A stretch of 64,000 nucleotides of DNA from Geosiphon pyriformis uo1 (taxonomy: Eukaryota; Fungi; Glomeromycota), in assembly GCA_016748015.1 (NCBI GenBank), contig JAAOMT010000097.1, forward strand, positions 62,001 through 126,000, read 5' to 3'. Every line of letters starts with the position of its first letter. Positions within the stretch are counted from its first letter, which is position 1. The notes below the pieces were generated by a model that was not told the origin of the DNA, searched no databases, and was given only the letters and a program-made list of their open reading frames with translations. The position numbers were made by a program, and so were the translations under genes. Shown in pieces: positions 1 through 15,805 of this stretch.

Positions 1-1500
1 AATATTTACTATTATTAAAAACTAGTACTTGATACTATCATAAAATAATGTTTACTACTATATTAATTATTATTATTTTAATTATTATTGTAATATATTA
101 TAATTAAATAATTTATATTATTTTATAATTTTTTTGTTAAATTTTTAAATTATGATATTATTTTTTTTTCTAAATTGTTTTTTAAGTTTGTTGTTAACTC
201 CAAAATTTTTGTTTTATTTTTTGTTAATAACAAGTTTTATGTTATAACTTCTGTTTTTTTGGTTTCTTTTATTGTTGCTTTTTGGTTGTTTTTATTGTTG
301 ATTTTGTTATTAAATTTAAATTGAATTTTTTGAAACCTCTAATTTTAAATTTGGCTGTTTTAGTACAGTTTATTATTGAGTCTATTAGTTCTTTAATTGT
401 TTTAATTAGTTTTTTTGTGTTTAAAAATATGCACAAAAATTACAAAATTAAAAAAAATTTGCTTACTATGTTTAATATCTTTAAAAATTTAGTTTTTTTT
501 AGCTAATATATCTAAAAACCTTACTAATCTTAAAACTAAAATTAAATTCAATAACATGAATAATAATAGTTTAAGTACTATTAAAGCATATATTTTGAAT
601 AAAAAAACATGTAATTATATAGTTATTTTGTGACAAATGTGTAATTTTAAAGTTAAAAATAAAATTAAAAAAACCAAATTGTTTTTTAATAATTTTATTT
701 TTGATTTTAGAAATTTAAATAGTATTATTAAGAAACTTAGTAAACAGAATTTATTTCTAGCTCTTTTTAATTCAGCTTAATTAATGCTTTAATTGACTTG
801 AATAATTGGTTTTGTGTAAAAAACACATAATTTATATCTAATTTTAATTATTTAATTTGACATATTGTATTAAATAGAGTTTAAGTATCTTTTATTAAAA
901 CAGAATAAAAAAAGTTGTAAATTAATTTTAATTTTATTTAAATTAAAAAGATTTTTAATATTATTATTTAAAAATTAAATGTAAATTTTAATAAATTATT
1001 AAGTATTTTAATAATATTTAATTATATTAGTACATTATATAAATTAAATTATAAATTAAATAAAAATTAATAATAATTTGGCTAAATAATAATTAAAAAT
1101 TCAATAATAATATATATTAATTAATAATAAGAATTAACTAAATAATTTTATTTTATTTTTTAATTAATAATATAAGATTAAGCTTTTTTAAACTCAAGTA
1201 CTGTTTGTAATAATCACAATTACCAAAGTAATTTTATTAAAAAATTGTTAAAATTCCAGTTTTATAAGCTTTTGAATATAAAAATTTTAATTATTGCATT
1301 GTAAAGTTTTATACAAGTATTAAATAACTTATAAAGGTTAAAAACAGCTTTAATTTTATAATAAATATTTGTTGGCTTAATTATTGTCTTAAAATTTTTC
1401 TGAATTTGTTTAATTAAATTATTAAAATTTAAAAACATAAAAAAACAATTGCAATACAATAATATCCAAATATATAAAAATTTAATAGGCTCAAATTTTT
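1..1500. repeat. AT-rich, C/G-eroded repeat or transposon relic
   Basis: Very low GC and almost no CpG; ORFs are I/K/N/F/L-rich artefacts; family not recognisable. Confidence 0.5.
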
Positions 1501-1567
1501 ACTTTAACAAATATATAATTTAGTATTAAGCAAATTCCAAATTTCAAAATCAATCATTCTAAAAACC

Positions 1568-2864
1568 ATGCCACCATCGTTGAAAATCTCAAAAGAAGGG
1601 GACACAGACCAGTTTTTAGAACTAGAAACCCTTCGCACCAAGCTTCAAGTATCCTTTGGTGTAGTCAGTGCAACGGTGGAAAGTTGGCTGGGACCTCCAA
1701 AAGTAGACGAAAGCGAGGCGTTAGAGGAAGAACAACAAGAAACCTCTGGTGGTTGGTTAGGTGATCAGCCGCGTTTACTGACCAGGTGAGAACCCACAAC
1801 TAGGCGTTCATTTAATGCTTAGGCACTCTTCAAGTTGTATCACTTTCAATTGAATAATTGATTAATCGAATTGGTCTATTCTCTCCTCAGAATTAAGATT
1901 CCAATTGGTTTTTTATATTTAAATTTATTTAAATTTATTTTTTGGTAGAGGTGGAGCTGGTGCAAGCTACGCATCTAGACTCAAACGTAAATTAGCCTAC
2001 AATAATCACAATAATAATGACGAAGATCACGATTATCCAACAAAAAATAACTCTGATGATTTTGATGAGGAAGAAGATAGCAAAACATCTATGATTTCTA
2101 CGAATACAGGTTGTCCGAAAACAAAAAAGACCAAAGTAAATCAAAGTAAAAACGTGGCTATGAAATTTGAAGTAGAAAAAGAAGCCCATGATGACGGAGA
2201 GTTTAAACTATCTCCTAACGGCAGCCTAAAAGATAGAAATAAAAATGTGACAGGAGATTTCTTGTCGATGTATTTAAATGAACGTGACAAGAAAAAGAAG
2301 CAAAAACAGAGGACGGCGAAAGAAAAAGAAGATTCGAGAAATTCCAAGATTTTTGGTGAACATAAGAACACAAAAAAAGATCTTAAGGTAGAGGACGAAA
2401 TTCAGAAGGAAAGAGATTATCATAATGGGTCGCTTTACCCGCCTGACATCTCAATCATGACTATTCCTCTTGATCTTGAGAAGTTGAAGTGGGAAACTGT
2501 AGTTCCATCTTCCAATCTTATCTCCACTTCATCACCTGCAGATAAAGAGGAAAAATATTTAAACTCACAACCGCCATTAACGTCTAATAACAAAGCTGAC
2601 GTTAAAGACAAAAATCAAATAAATCTTGAGCAAGTAAAATCAAAGAAGAAAGCCAACAAAAAAGATGAACTCGTCGTATTAACATTTGAATCGTTAAATT
2701 CAAAGCCTCAATCGCTGACACCGAGAGCATTTGTTGAAGATATCGGGGAGACGGGGATTCCCATAAATAGAAATGATTATATAAATGAGATTAAATTTAA
2801 GAAAGTAGAAAAGAGTGTGAAAATAGAAAAGAAAAAGAAAAAGAAACCCGGAATGGTCCAATAA
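1568..2864 (+). CDS. Hypothetical protein, DUF3245-like N-terminus (2 exons: 1568-1785, 1949-2864)
   Basis: GTGAG...TAG intron 1786-1948 joins the 73-aa and 257-aa ORFs in frame. Motifs 'VSATVESWL', 'RGGAGA...LKRKL' and 'DEEEDSK' resemble fungal DUF3245; Lys-rich tail. Confidence 0.65.
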
Positions 2865-3391
2865 AAACTATAAAAAACATGTGCCCCTGATCTTGAAAAA
2901 TGCAGTGTTTCTTTGCAAAAATCCCCATCCAATCTAAAAGGAAATATTTCACAGTTCAAATACAGAGCGCTTTTGATTTTTTAATAAATCTTAAGCTGTT
3001 AATTATAAAAACTAATGATTATTTAAAAATATTTATAAACTGTATATGCTATAATTATGTTCTATGTTTTAATATTATAGAATTGTATTTATTACATATT
3101 TAATATTGGTTAAATAATAAATTTTTAATAATGAAATAAATTATATTTTACCACAATACAAAGTTTATTCATCAATTTTCAAGTTCAGACTAATTATGAT
3201 TAATCAAAAAATTTCTCCTATCAGCAATACAGATTCCTTCTGTATTCTTAAACTTTAAAAATCAAATATTGTCTCTTGGTTAATATTCGACTAATCAATT
3301 AAATTTTCCATATTTCCATTTGTAATATTGAAGGTGTCTATCTCAAACAAAACATTGCGTTGTATTAAAGGGGTCACGACAAAAATGATCA

Positions 3392-6043
<2,652 letters not shown>

Positions 6044-6079
6044 GTTTAAAAGGGTTGATAATTTCAATTGATATAAATG

Positions 6080-6112
6080 TCCCATTTATGGGAGAATCAA
6101 CTCTATCACGTG
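6080..6112. promoter_or_regulatory. Bidirectional promoter between MAP2 and the J-protein gene, with CArG-like box and E-box
   Basis: CCATTTATGG (CC[A/T]6GG) at 6082-6091 and TCACGTG at 6106-6112, within the 180 bp between divergent ATGs. Confidence 0.4.
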
Positions 6113-6223
6113 GACATAGCCACCTCGAGTTTTGGTTGCATTCTTGAGGGCTCCACTTATCAAGTCTTTTGTCCACTAGTTTTTTACTTTTACGTTTTAT
6201 GTTTGAACAAAAAAATAAGTTCA

Positions 6224-6943
6224 ATGAACAGCTTTCTTGGGCGTTGTTATACAACGCGCACCTTTTCTACACGCACATTGAACGGAATCCTACATAGTAT
6301 CCGCAATAGCCAATTAAAGGGTCGAACATTCTCCCAGACTCCAGGCAATTTTACAAGACAACAGTTAGATCATTACGAGACACTTGAAGTAGCAGCGGAA
6401 GCTAGTAAGCAGCAAATAAAGACACAATACTATAAGCTTTCCAAAAAGTATCATCCAGATATGAATCCAGGTAATGAGAGAGCTTTGGGCAAATTCTTAA
6501 GAATCAATGAAGCATATTCTGTCCTTAGTGATGATTATAGTCGTCTGGAGTATGATCGCTCTTTAAAACATCATCGAAACTCTTTCCGACCAAGGGTACG
6601 CCGTAATGCAACTGATAGCAGTTCAAGTCACGTAAGAAAAAATAATTTTAGTCGACCAGGAAATACAGAATTTGGGAGATTTGATTTCCACGGCCAAAAG
6701 AAAGTTGAGTTCAATTTTCAAGAACATTTCCAACGACATTATGGACAAGAGTTGCGTCATGCAGAAAAACAACGTAGGCGACATAAAGAAATGATGGAAA
6801 AGTATCTAAAGGATGTCGAGTCTCGAAAATTTGACAATATACTATTAGTATGTGTTACTTTGTTTTTATGCATTGCTTCTGGAATTTCGATTCTATACTC
6901 AGAAGGGATTGAAGAAGCTCAGAATAGGAGATTGATAGAATGA
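6224..6943 (+). CDS. DnaJ (J-domain) protein, probably mitochondrial, with C-terminal membrane anchor
   Basis: DHYETLEV...YYKLSKKYHPD...FLRINEAYSVLSD; R/S/T-rich presequence-like N-terminus from ATG 6224 (the ORF is open from 6077); hydrophobic C-terminal segment. Confidence 0.9.
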   Translation: MNSFLGRCYTTRTFSTRTLNGILHSIRNSQLKGRTFSQTPGNFTRQQLDHYETLEVAAEASKQQIKTQYYKLSKKYHPDMNPGNERALGKFLRINEAYSVLSDDYSRLEYDRSLKHHRNSFRPRVRRNATDSSSSHVRKNNFSRPGNTEFGRFDFHGQKKVEFNFQEHFQRHYGQELRHAEKQRRRHKEMMEKYLKDVESRKFDNILLVCVTLFLCIASGISILYSEGIEEAQNRRLIE

Positions 6944-7177
6944 ACAATTTAAAATAAATTCTTCAAAATAAAAAATTCAAGAATAGTTTTATCTTGATGT
7001 TACAAAACTTCAAGAGTCACAAATAAAGAATGGGCGAGATACTGGGTTCTTTTTAAATTTAGTCCCGAGTTTGATTGACTTCATGGCTTCAAGCTACACT
7101 TGTAACTTGTCAGGGTCCGATCTAAAAAAATAGCGTAGAAGGTAGGATTTGGTTTGATCGAAAAAATTTAAATAGAA

Positions 7178-7357
7178 TTGTTTCGATATTTTTATGATGG
7201 ATTTTTCCCCTTAGAAATAACTTGGACTGTGTTTAGGAATCTAAACCTCAAGAATTTCTACAATTCATCCAGAGTTTTCCGTTATTTATGCATACTGACG
7301 AAAGAAACAAGGTATGGCTGGGATCTATGGGATTTGGAGTCCCACCACACCGTTTAG
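7178..7357 (+). pseudogene. Possible F-box-like gene remnant
   Basis: Short frame reads FPLEITWTVFRNLNLKNFYNSSRVFRYL, matching the F-box LPxEI...VF..L...S.V.R pattern. No ATG or continuation; abuts a TE relic. Confidence 0.25.
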
Positions 7358-7949
7358 AACTGACAAAGTAAGCTTTGATTATTCAAATTTAACCATTAAT
7401 TTTTTGGAAAATGAGGTTCAAATTTTTTTTACAAATGAGAATAATTTAGTATGTATTTTATGGTAAGCTATTTTCGAGTAATTAGTTTTTTGATCAAATT
7501 TATGTACATCAATTAAAAAACAAAAAATTTATTTGCAAAGAAAAAAAGACCAAGACAGCTAAAAAGCAATTCTCTTCAACTTTTTGCTATAACTAATACG
7601 ATTTTTTTGAAGTGTTGAAAGGTGTTTCTGGTGTTAGTTTTGTTGTTTTAAAACCTGTTTCTTTTTTTGTAAGAAATAAAGCTTTGGTTTTTTTAGTTTT
7701 TTTGGCTTTTTTGTAAATTTTGCATTATTTGTATCAATCATAGTATTTAGTTTTATTATAACTGAGAATAAAAAACAATTTTTTATTTTAAATAATAATA
7801 ATAAAAGCATATTAGTCTTTTTTAGTCTGAATTGGTTTTTGGTTGTATTATTTAATATGTTTTTTTTAGTTAATTATTGTTGGTTTTAAAAACAAAACAA
7901 ATTATGTTTTTACATGTGTTTTTATTCAATTAGTTTATTAAATTACTTA

Positions 7950-10900
7950 ATCTTAAAAATTGAATTGATTAAATAAAAACTAAAAAACTTTTTAATTTGT
8001 TTTTTAATATTAATGTTTTTAATAATACTTAAAAAATAATTGTTAATTGTCAAAAAAAATTTAAATAAATAGTTTTTACTTTGGTATTTGGCATTTTTTT
8101 TAAGATTAAATTGGCTTATATTAAGTTTAAACATAGTTTTATTGATGTAAAATTAGTTTTTAAGAATAATATTAAGCTATTTTGTATAAAATTTACATTT
8201 TAGATCTTTTTAAATACTATATTAAAATTTAGCTTATTAAATTTTTTATAATATTTGTTATTATTATTGTTTTTGCTATTATTATTCTGTATAATATTAA
8301 AAATACTTTAAGTATTTTTAATAAAATTTTTAAAATTAATTTAAAATTTGTTAATTAATAATAATATATTGTTGTTTATTTCAAAAATTCAAAAATTAAT
8401 AAAATTGTTTTTGTTTATTAATTGGTTTAATAATAAAAGACAACATTAAAATTTTTTTTAATTAAAAAATAATTATTGTCTTTTATAATATTTAATATTA
8501 AATAAATAATTTTTTTTTTGGTTATATTGTTATTAAAATTAGAAATTTGGTTTTTTAAATTTGTAACTATATTTATTTTATTTCTTGATTTTTAATTATT
8601 TTTAAAAATTAAAAAATGTAATTATTATATTTGGTTTTTTAATAAAATTAATATATTAAGAAAAAATTATATTTAATAAAAAACTTTTAAATATTAATAT
8701 TATTTATTAAGTTGTATTTTATAATTTAATGTAATTATTTCTTAATATTATTTAAAAGTTTATTTAATTTAAAAATTTAATAAAAAAACTTATTTTTTTT
8801 CAATATTCAAAATTTCTTAAAAAACATATTTTTGAAAAAAAAGTTTTTGTTTTTTTGTTATTTTTAATAATATTAAATACTTTAATAACAAAAAAAATGT
8901 TTTTTTGGTCAAGTTTAATTCTGATAATAATATATATTTGAATATAAACAGTAAGTTTAGTAATAATAAGAGCAGTAATATTTTGGCTGGTATTGATAAT
9001 AAGTTTTTTTTGAATTTAGCTATTATTATTTTTAAAGCCAAAAAAATAAATATTGATATAAATTATGACTTTTTTTTTGGTTTTTTTAATTTTAAAATAA
9101 AAGAAAATATTGAATTTTTTTTACGATTTCTTAATATTTTTCTGGATAAAAAATAAATTAATCTTAAGATTGTAAAAACTCAAGTAGAAATTTTTATTAA
9201 AAAATTTTTTAGTTTAAATATTGATTTATCAACAATTAAAAAAAAATCAGTAACAACAAAAATGCAGATTATTAAAATTTTTTTTTCAAAGATAAATAGT
9301 TTTAAAAAGATTATTACTTTCTTAAAATTTGAAAAAATTATTAGATTTATATTTATTTTTAAAAAAAACAAAAAAAACCATATTATTAATTTATAAACAT
9401 AGTATTATGATAAACAATAATCTTAAAAAACAAAATTTTTATTCAAATTAGACTGTAATTATTAAAAAAATTCTTATAGATATGTTTAAAAATATGATTG
9501 TTATTATAGTAGCTAAATATAATTAAATAGTGTTAAGTGAATTACAATTAATTAGATTATAGCAAAAAGCTATAATAAAATTTTTTAAATTAAGTTATGC
9601 TAATCTTTTAATGTTTAAGTAATCATTCTTAATTAGAAAAAATTTCGTGCATATGACCAAAGTTATAAAAGATTATAATGTTTAAATATTTAAAAATTGA
9701 TTTAAAACACTTTTATTTATTCTGTTTATAAGAATAACTACTTATAATTTTGGTTTTTTATTGAAAAAAATTGGTAAAAAAACATATTTAATTATTTATT
9801 TATTTAAAATTGGCAATAAAATTTGTTGTACTATAATTAGTTTTGAATTAAATAATAATCTAAAGTTAGCTTTTTACATAGAGCTAATTTTTGGTAATAT
9901 GAAACTTTTTTAAATTAGATTGAATTTGATTTATTGTAAAAAATGTAAATATTTTGGGCATTTTGCTTTTAAGTATAATGCTATTTACAATGTTGCTTTT
10001 GCTTTAAAAAATATTTATAAAAAAATTGTTTTAGATAAAAATTGTTTATAATTGATTTTTTTTTATGCCAAAAAAAATGTTTCTATTTTGTAATCAGTTG
10101 TTTTTGATAACAAATTTTAAGCACAAATAGTTTTTTTAACAGATATTTTTTTGAATTTTATTATAGTATTTATGTTGGTTTTTTATTTTTTTAGTGTTTT
10201 TTTTCATGTTATTAAAAATTTACTATTTAATTTGATTATATTGTTAATATCTATCTGGTATTTTTAAAAAAATTTCTAAAACTTTTGGCTAATCAAGTAT
10301 TTAATATTTTTATAAATTAAATAATTTAAATTTAAGTTTTTGTATATTTGTAGTTCTTTTTTTTATCTAATAAAAATGTTAATTTTTAATAATAATTTGA
10401 ATTCAAGCATAATTATAAATAATTTAAGTAAGATTCTGCCTTTTTTTTTTGTAATAAATGTTTTAAATTCTTTTTTTTTAAGTATAAATAGTACTAAAAT
10501 TCTTATTTCTAAAATAAAAAGCATAAAATCTAAAATAATTGTACTAAAAGTTTTTGTAAACTCTATTTTAATGAAGTTGAATCAGTTATATATAAATTTG
10601 GATTCTATAGTATTATTTTTATTCTTATAAATATGTTGATTTAAAAGTTTGTTATTTGCAATATCAGAAATATAAACAATTTTATTAAACAAATAAACAT
10701 TGTTTGTTGGCATTTAAATTCTAATAATATGATTTTAATTATTACAAAAACTAAGTTAAAATTTAGCATTAAACCATTGTTACTTATTAAAATTAGAAAT
10801 TATAATACATAAATAAAATAGTCAATTAGAAATAAACATAGTAAAAAAAAATTTCAGAATTTCAGAATTTTAGAATTTCTTTCAAAAAAATTGAAAAATT

Positions 10901-12480
10901 TTAAGGAATCTTATATAACATAAATTATATATATATAGTAAAAATGTTAGAAACAAGAAAAACAAACAATTCAATTCAAAATAACAATACTTTTTTCTTT
11001 AAAAAATAGTTTTCTATAACTTGAAGTGAAATTATACTTATATTAATAAAACATATATTATTATTTGAATCCATATTATTATTATTTAATTAAAGAAATA
11101 TTAATTTATTCCATATTATTAACACTTTATATTAATAAAATTCAATACTTAATTACATTAAACCAATAGCTTTTGATCATAGCTATTAATGAAATATTAA
11201 TTTTTTATTTATTTATTATTTATTTTTATTTTGTTTTCTTTGTTGTTTACTAATTGATTAAAAGATTAAATACTGAGTAATTGACATCAAAAATAGCCTA
11301 GTAAAAAACTTGAAAACAAGGGTAAAAATTTAAAGATTGCTTATCAGAAAGACATAACTGTTAAAATAAACTGGCTATTATGCTAAAGAAAAAAATTTAT
11401 GGAATAAAACTATTAATTAAATCTCTGTTTATTATACAAAGAACTCAACTAAAATTTTTAGACTCCAAAACCTTCAGAAATTACCAATATTAACAGTTAT
11501 TAAATATCAAATTATAGATTTGTTATTTGTTTTAATATTTTAAATAATTATCTGTAATATCATGAATTAGAAACAGATTTAATAGAGTCTATATTTTTAT
11601 ATTAGGTATAAATTAGAGATATTTTAATGTTGATATAACTATTATCTTAAATAATGCCTTAGTTTATCATATTTTAAAAATAAAAAAAATTCTGAACCAG
11701 ATTATTTAATTTGTTTTTTATTTAAGAATAAGCTTTTAGTTATAATCTTGAATTTATATATTGGTGTTTTTACTAAAACCATATTTAGTTAAGTTGTAAA
11801 GATCAACTTTTTTATTACTAATGTAATAAATTCTAGTTTTTTTATAGTTTTGAATAAAAATTTTAATAAGAATAGGGCTAAAAAAAGTGTAAATTTCAAA
11901 TTTTGTCTAGATTTGAGTTTGATTAACTTATTTAATAGGCATTTTTTAATTAAAACTTCAATTTGAAGCAATTCTAAGAAAGTTAAAAAGATTATTAATT
12001 TTGTTTTTGTAAGCAAAAGTTTGTTATTTGTAGTTGTAAATCATGAAATCAGTTCTGTGTCTAAATTTTTTAACATTAATTACAGAACAGTTAGGGTTTT
12101 AATTGAATTGAATGATTTTTTAAATGTTTATTTAAATAGTATTTACAAACAAACAAATAAAGATTGTTGAAAATTTAAAATTAAAGATGCAAATAATATC
12201 AAATAAAAAAATTTTAGAGAATGTTATTTTGCTAAACTCTTAATCATAATAGATGAATTTGAAAATACAAAAAACAATTAGAATTTGAATAAAATATAAA
12301 GGTTGTTAAGAGAAGTAGTAGTGGTCTCTGTTAATACAGTGTTTTTTTAGAATTAATTTAGTATATTTAAGTGTTTAAAAAACAAACAGTTTTTAAAATT
12401 CTTTGGTTTGGAATTATTGGTTTTCAAATTGATAAAAAAATTGGGTTTGAGTAACAAGCCTGAATCTTTATATATTATTA
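7950..12480 (+). mobile_element. Degenerate non-LTR retrotransposon (LINE) relic(s): ORF1 plus the APE endonuclease part of ORF2
   Basis: Eroded zinc knuckle C-K-K-C-K-Y-F-G-H-x4-(C>Y) at ~9935-9976. Endonuclease motifs 'KFVICNIRNIN' and 'IITKTKL...KP|WI' (TETK-like) at ~10640-10777, continuing after 11563. Many stop codons; boundaries approximate. Confidence 0.8.
10778..11559 (+). mobile_element. Solo LTR inserted in LINE ORF2
   Basis: Starts TGTTAC, ends GTAATA (eroded GTAACA); 4-bp flanks CCAT/TCAT; internal TATA-like tract; homologous to 57619-58586. Confidence 0.8.
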
Positions 12481-12789
12481 CAAAATAAAATACGTATATA
12501 TAAAAATAAATGTAATTGAAAAAATTAAAAATGACTTATCTAAGCAAAAAGCTTTCAAAAAACAATGTTTTTTATTTGCACAAAATACACAGATTAAAAA
12601 CTGCTTGACTGGCTGATAGTTATAATTAGTATTTGCTTACATGCAGATTCAAATGGTTAAAAAGAAAGTATGATTTGCGACCTTAAGACTAAGTGATATT
12701 GACAAGGAATTAGTGATAAACATCTAAGAGTTGCAAACATTTTAATGGTAGCTAGGAGTGTTTATTGAACATTGTTATGCAAACTCTTT

Positions 12790-15700
12790 CTAGGGTGCAA
12801 CTGATAATGAATTCTTCTGATCATCCTTTAAATTAACAATCCTATTGAGGACATATTGGTTTTCATTCTCATCTCCAAATATTGAATCTTTGTCTAAACT
12901 AAAATAACCCAATCGTATTGCTTGGAATCTCACAGATTCATAATCTTTTGCATTCGCTAAAATATGAGAAGTAATTTCGCGTAACCCGATCTCGACAAGT
13001 GAATCCTTATTTACCTCCAAACTTTGGGGGTTGATGTCGGCAAGGTAACCATCAGGATGTGCCGCGGGATTTACCGATAAAAAGAGGTTATTGTAAATGC
13101 GAACTTCTGATAATCTAACCGGAGACCTGTGATTCGTGGATTCCGACACCCAGTGTATATATGTCTTTGGTTTCTTGACATCTGAGCCAATCTCATAACG
13201 GCATACTAAATACTGAATGTTTCCTTTGTGATCTTTTTTGACTTCGGTACATGTGATCGGATATGGGACGTGTAATAAACCAACTGTTTTACCAATGGCT
13301 AAGCGGAAATAATCAGGTGAGTCTTGTTCGCGAAAATCTGACTTGTCGATATAAACAACTTTAGTGAAAGGTACAATATGCTAAAAAAATAATATAATTC
13401 AAGGTCAGGGAGTCAGAAAAAACCATGAAACCAAAATATGCAGTGCAAAACGAAAACCCACCTCGCCCATTGAAGCGTCTCTTGGTTTGTATGGTATAGT
13501 TAATTCTTCTAAATGATCATCGGGCAAATTTTCAATAATCAATTTGAGCGGGTCCAAGATCATCATTAGCCGAGGTGTATGTAAATCCAAATAGTCCCGA
13601 ACATATTTATCAAAACGGGAAATCTGAATAGTTGAATTGGACAAAGTTACACCAAGGTCTTGAACAAAACCATTTATTGCTTCGGGAGGCACACCACGCC
13701 GACGTAGAGCAGGAAGTGTATATAGTCGAGGGTCATCCCATCCTGATACGTAGTTTTGGTTTACAAGTTTTGCAATTTTACGTTTTGACATGACAGTGTT
13801 GTTGATATTCAACCTGACCAAAATAGAAATGAGATTAATAAAAGAGGGAAAACAAAAGAAATAAAGTAGATATTTGAATGTGAAATCGATGCATCTTTTC
13901 CAAATGATAATAAAGAATAGAAAACCTGTTGTATTCAAATTGAACGGGCTTATATACTTCGAGGGCATCACAAAGCCAATAATATGAATCACGTGACATC
14001 CGAAACTCAAGGGTACAAAGAGAATGTGTGATGTTTTCAAAGGAATCACATAAGCAGTGTGTATAATCGTAAGTGGGATAAATGCACCACTTATTTCCAG
14101 TTCGATGATGGGGAGTGTACATAACCCGATACGCGACTAGATCCCAGAATTGAGGGCTACCACTTTGCATATCCATCTTCATCCGCAATGTTACTTCCCC
14201 CTCTTTGAATCGCCCTTCCTTCATTTTTTGAAAATCGGTTAATGAGTCTTCAATGGGGCGATTACGATGAACACATTCACTCCGTGGCCCTCCATGATCG
14301 CCACCCCGCATTGCATGCATTTCTTCGGGAGTGCAGTAACACACATAACCCTTGTCGCATTTGATTAAATCGATCGCAAGTTCATATAGTTGGTCAAAGT
14401 AGTCGGATGAGTAAGTAATTTTCCATGGACTGAAACCTAACCATTCAATTGTCTCTTTGATGGATGTGAAATATCGTTCTTCTTCCGCTACATAACCGAA
14501 ATTGTACAAAAGAAAGGCCTAGTTATCTAAATAACCATATTTTAAATAAATTAATGCTTGTGAATACCTTCGGGGTTTGTATCATCATATCTAAAGGTAT
14601 ACAATAAAATTCTTAAATAAAATGATATATATAATACAAAAAACTTGATAATTCCAAAATCCAGACCTCAAGTAGCATAGGCCATTATGTGCTTTGGCAT
14701 ATCCGAAGTTAACATTAATCGCTTTGGCGTGTCCGATGTGAAGGTAGCCGTTTGGTTCGGGTGGAAAACGGGTCATTACCCTTCCACCAGTGGCTTTCAT
14801 GTGATTAGCTGTCAACTCAGGTTTGATTTGTTTGTTTTCACCAGGTTTATGTAGTTTTCCAAGCTCACCCTCAAGAAACATGTTGGGAGTGCCACTCTTT
14901 GGAGGTTCTAATCTTGTAATGGGTCGATCGACAGTTATAGAAGTGGTCGACTTTGTATCTTTTTTCTTAATATTCAAGCATATAAACTAATTTAGTCAAT
15001 ATTCATCCTTTCAGGCTTGAAAATTATAAAAAGAGTTCTCTAAAACATTATTGATATATCTAGTTCAAAGATTTACCTTTCCTTTAACTATGATGTCTCT
15101 TTCATCTTTAGGTCCAATCAATAGCAACACCTGTTTTTCCAATTCCTCTTTAACTGCAACACCATTTGCCCATCGTAATTCAGGGATTTGTCTAGCTTGA
15201 GCAAGTAATGATCCCAGCAATTTGTACCTTTCTTTTGAAAGTGACTCCTTATTTGCATTAATATGAGCAGCAATTGCTTCATTGATTTTTTCATTGGTGA
15301 CAATAATTCCTATGAATTCCAGTTAAGTTTGAATGCAGTTTTTTTAGAACGAAAGAACTTTATCAAAGAGATGGAATTACCAACGCCAGCTTTTTCATTA
15401 AACTCTTCATTATTGATTTCTCCGGGGCTGTTTTCCACGAATTTAATAGCCGCTATTAAGTTTCAATCGAGAGAGGTTTGAGGATTAGGTTGACGGCTAT
15501 CAAATCTTTGAGTAGCGGGGTAAAGGTTCCAACGTACCGGAAATTTGGTCGGAACTCTTTAATCTCCCGTCTTTTACAGCCCGGGCCAAATAGCCTATAT
15601 GAGTTGTGGCATCTTTTGTTAAAGTGGATGCCAGGGTATATAGTAATGAGCCAGTGGTTTTGTCGCAGCCAGTTTCAGTAAGACCGGCCTCACTAATGGT

Positions 15701-15805
15701 GCTTTTAAGCGTGGGAGCCAACTTTTTATTCTTAACAGTGTCCTTGGCACGTTGATCAGTGAGTCCGATAGATTTAAAGAGATTAATCAATTCTTCCTCA
15801 GCCAT
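12790..15805 (-). CDS. GLN4: Glutaminyl-tRNA synthetase (multi-exon)
   Basis: Eukaryotic N-terminal extension; [14 protein letters not shown]; R|YDDTNPE (23-nt micro-exon 14568-14590); WCIYPTYD; HSLCTLEF; VMSKR; GWDDPRL; FQAIRLGYF. Confidence 0.97.

Noticed and set aside
7181-7303. Possible C/D snoRNA (ATGATGG...CTGA with TTTCG/CGAAA ends)
   Set aside because: Imperfect C box, poor spacing to the terminal stem, and no rRNA complementarity I could recognise.
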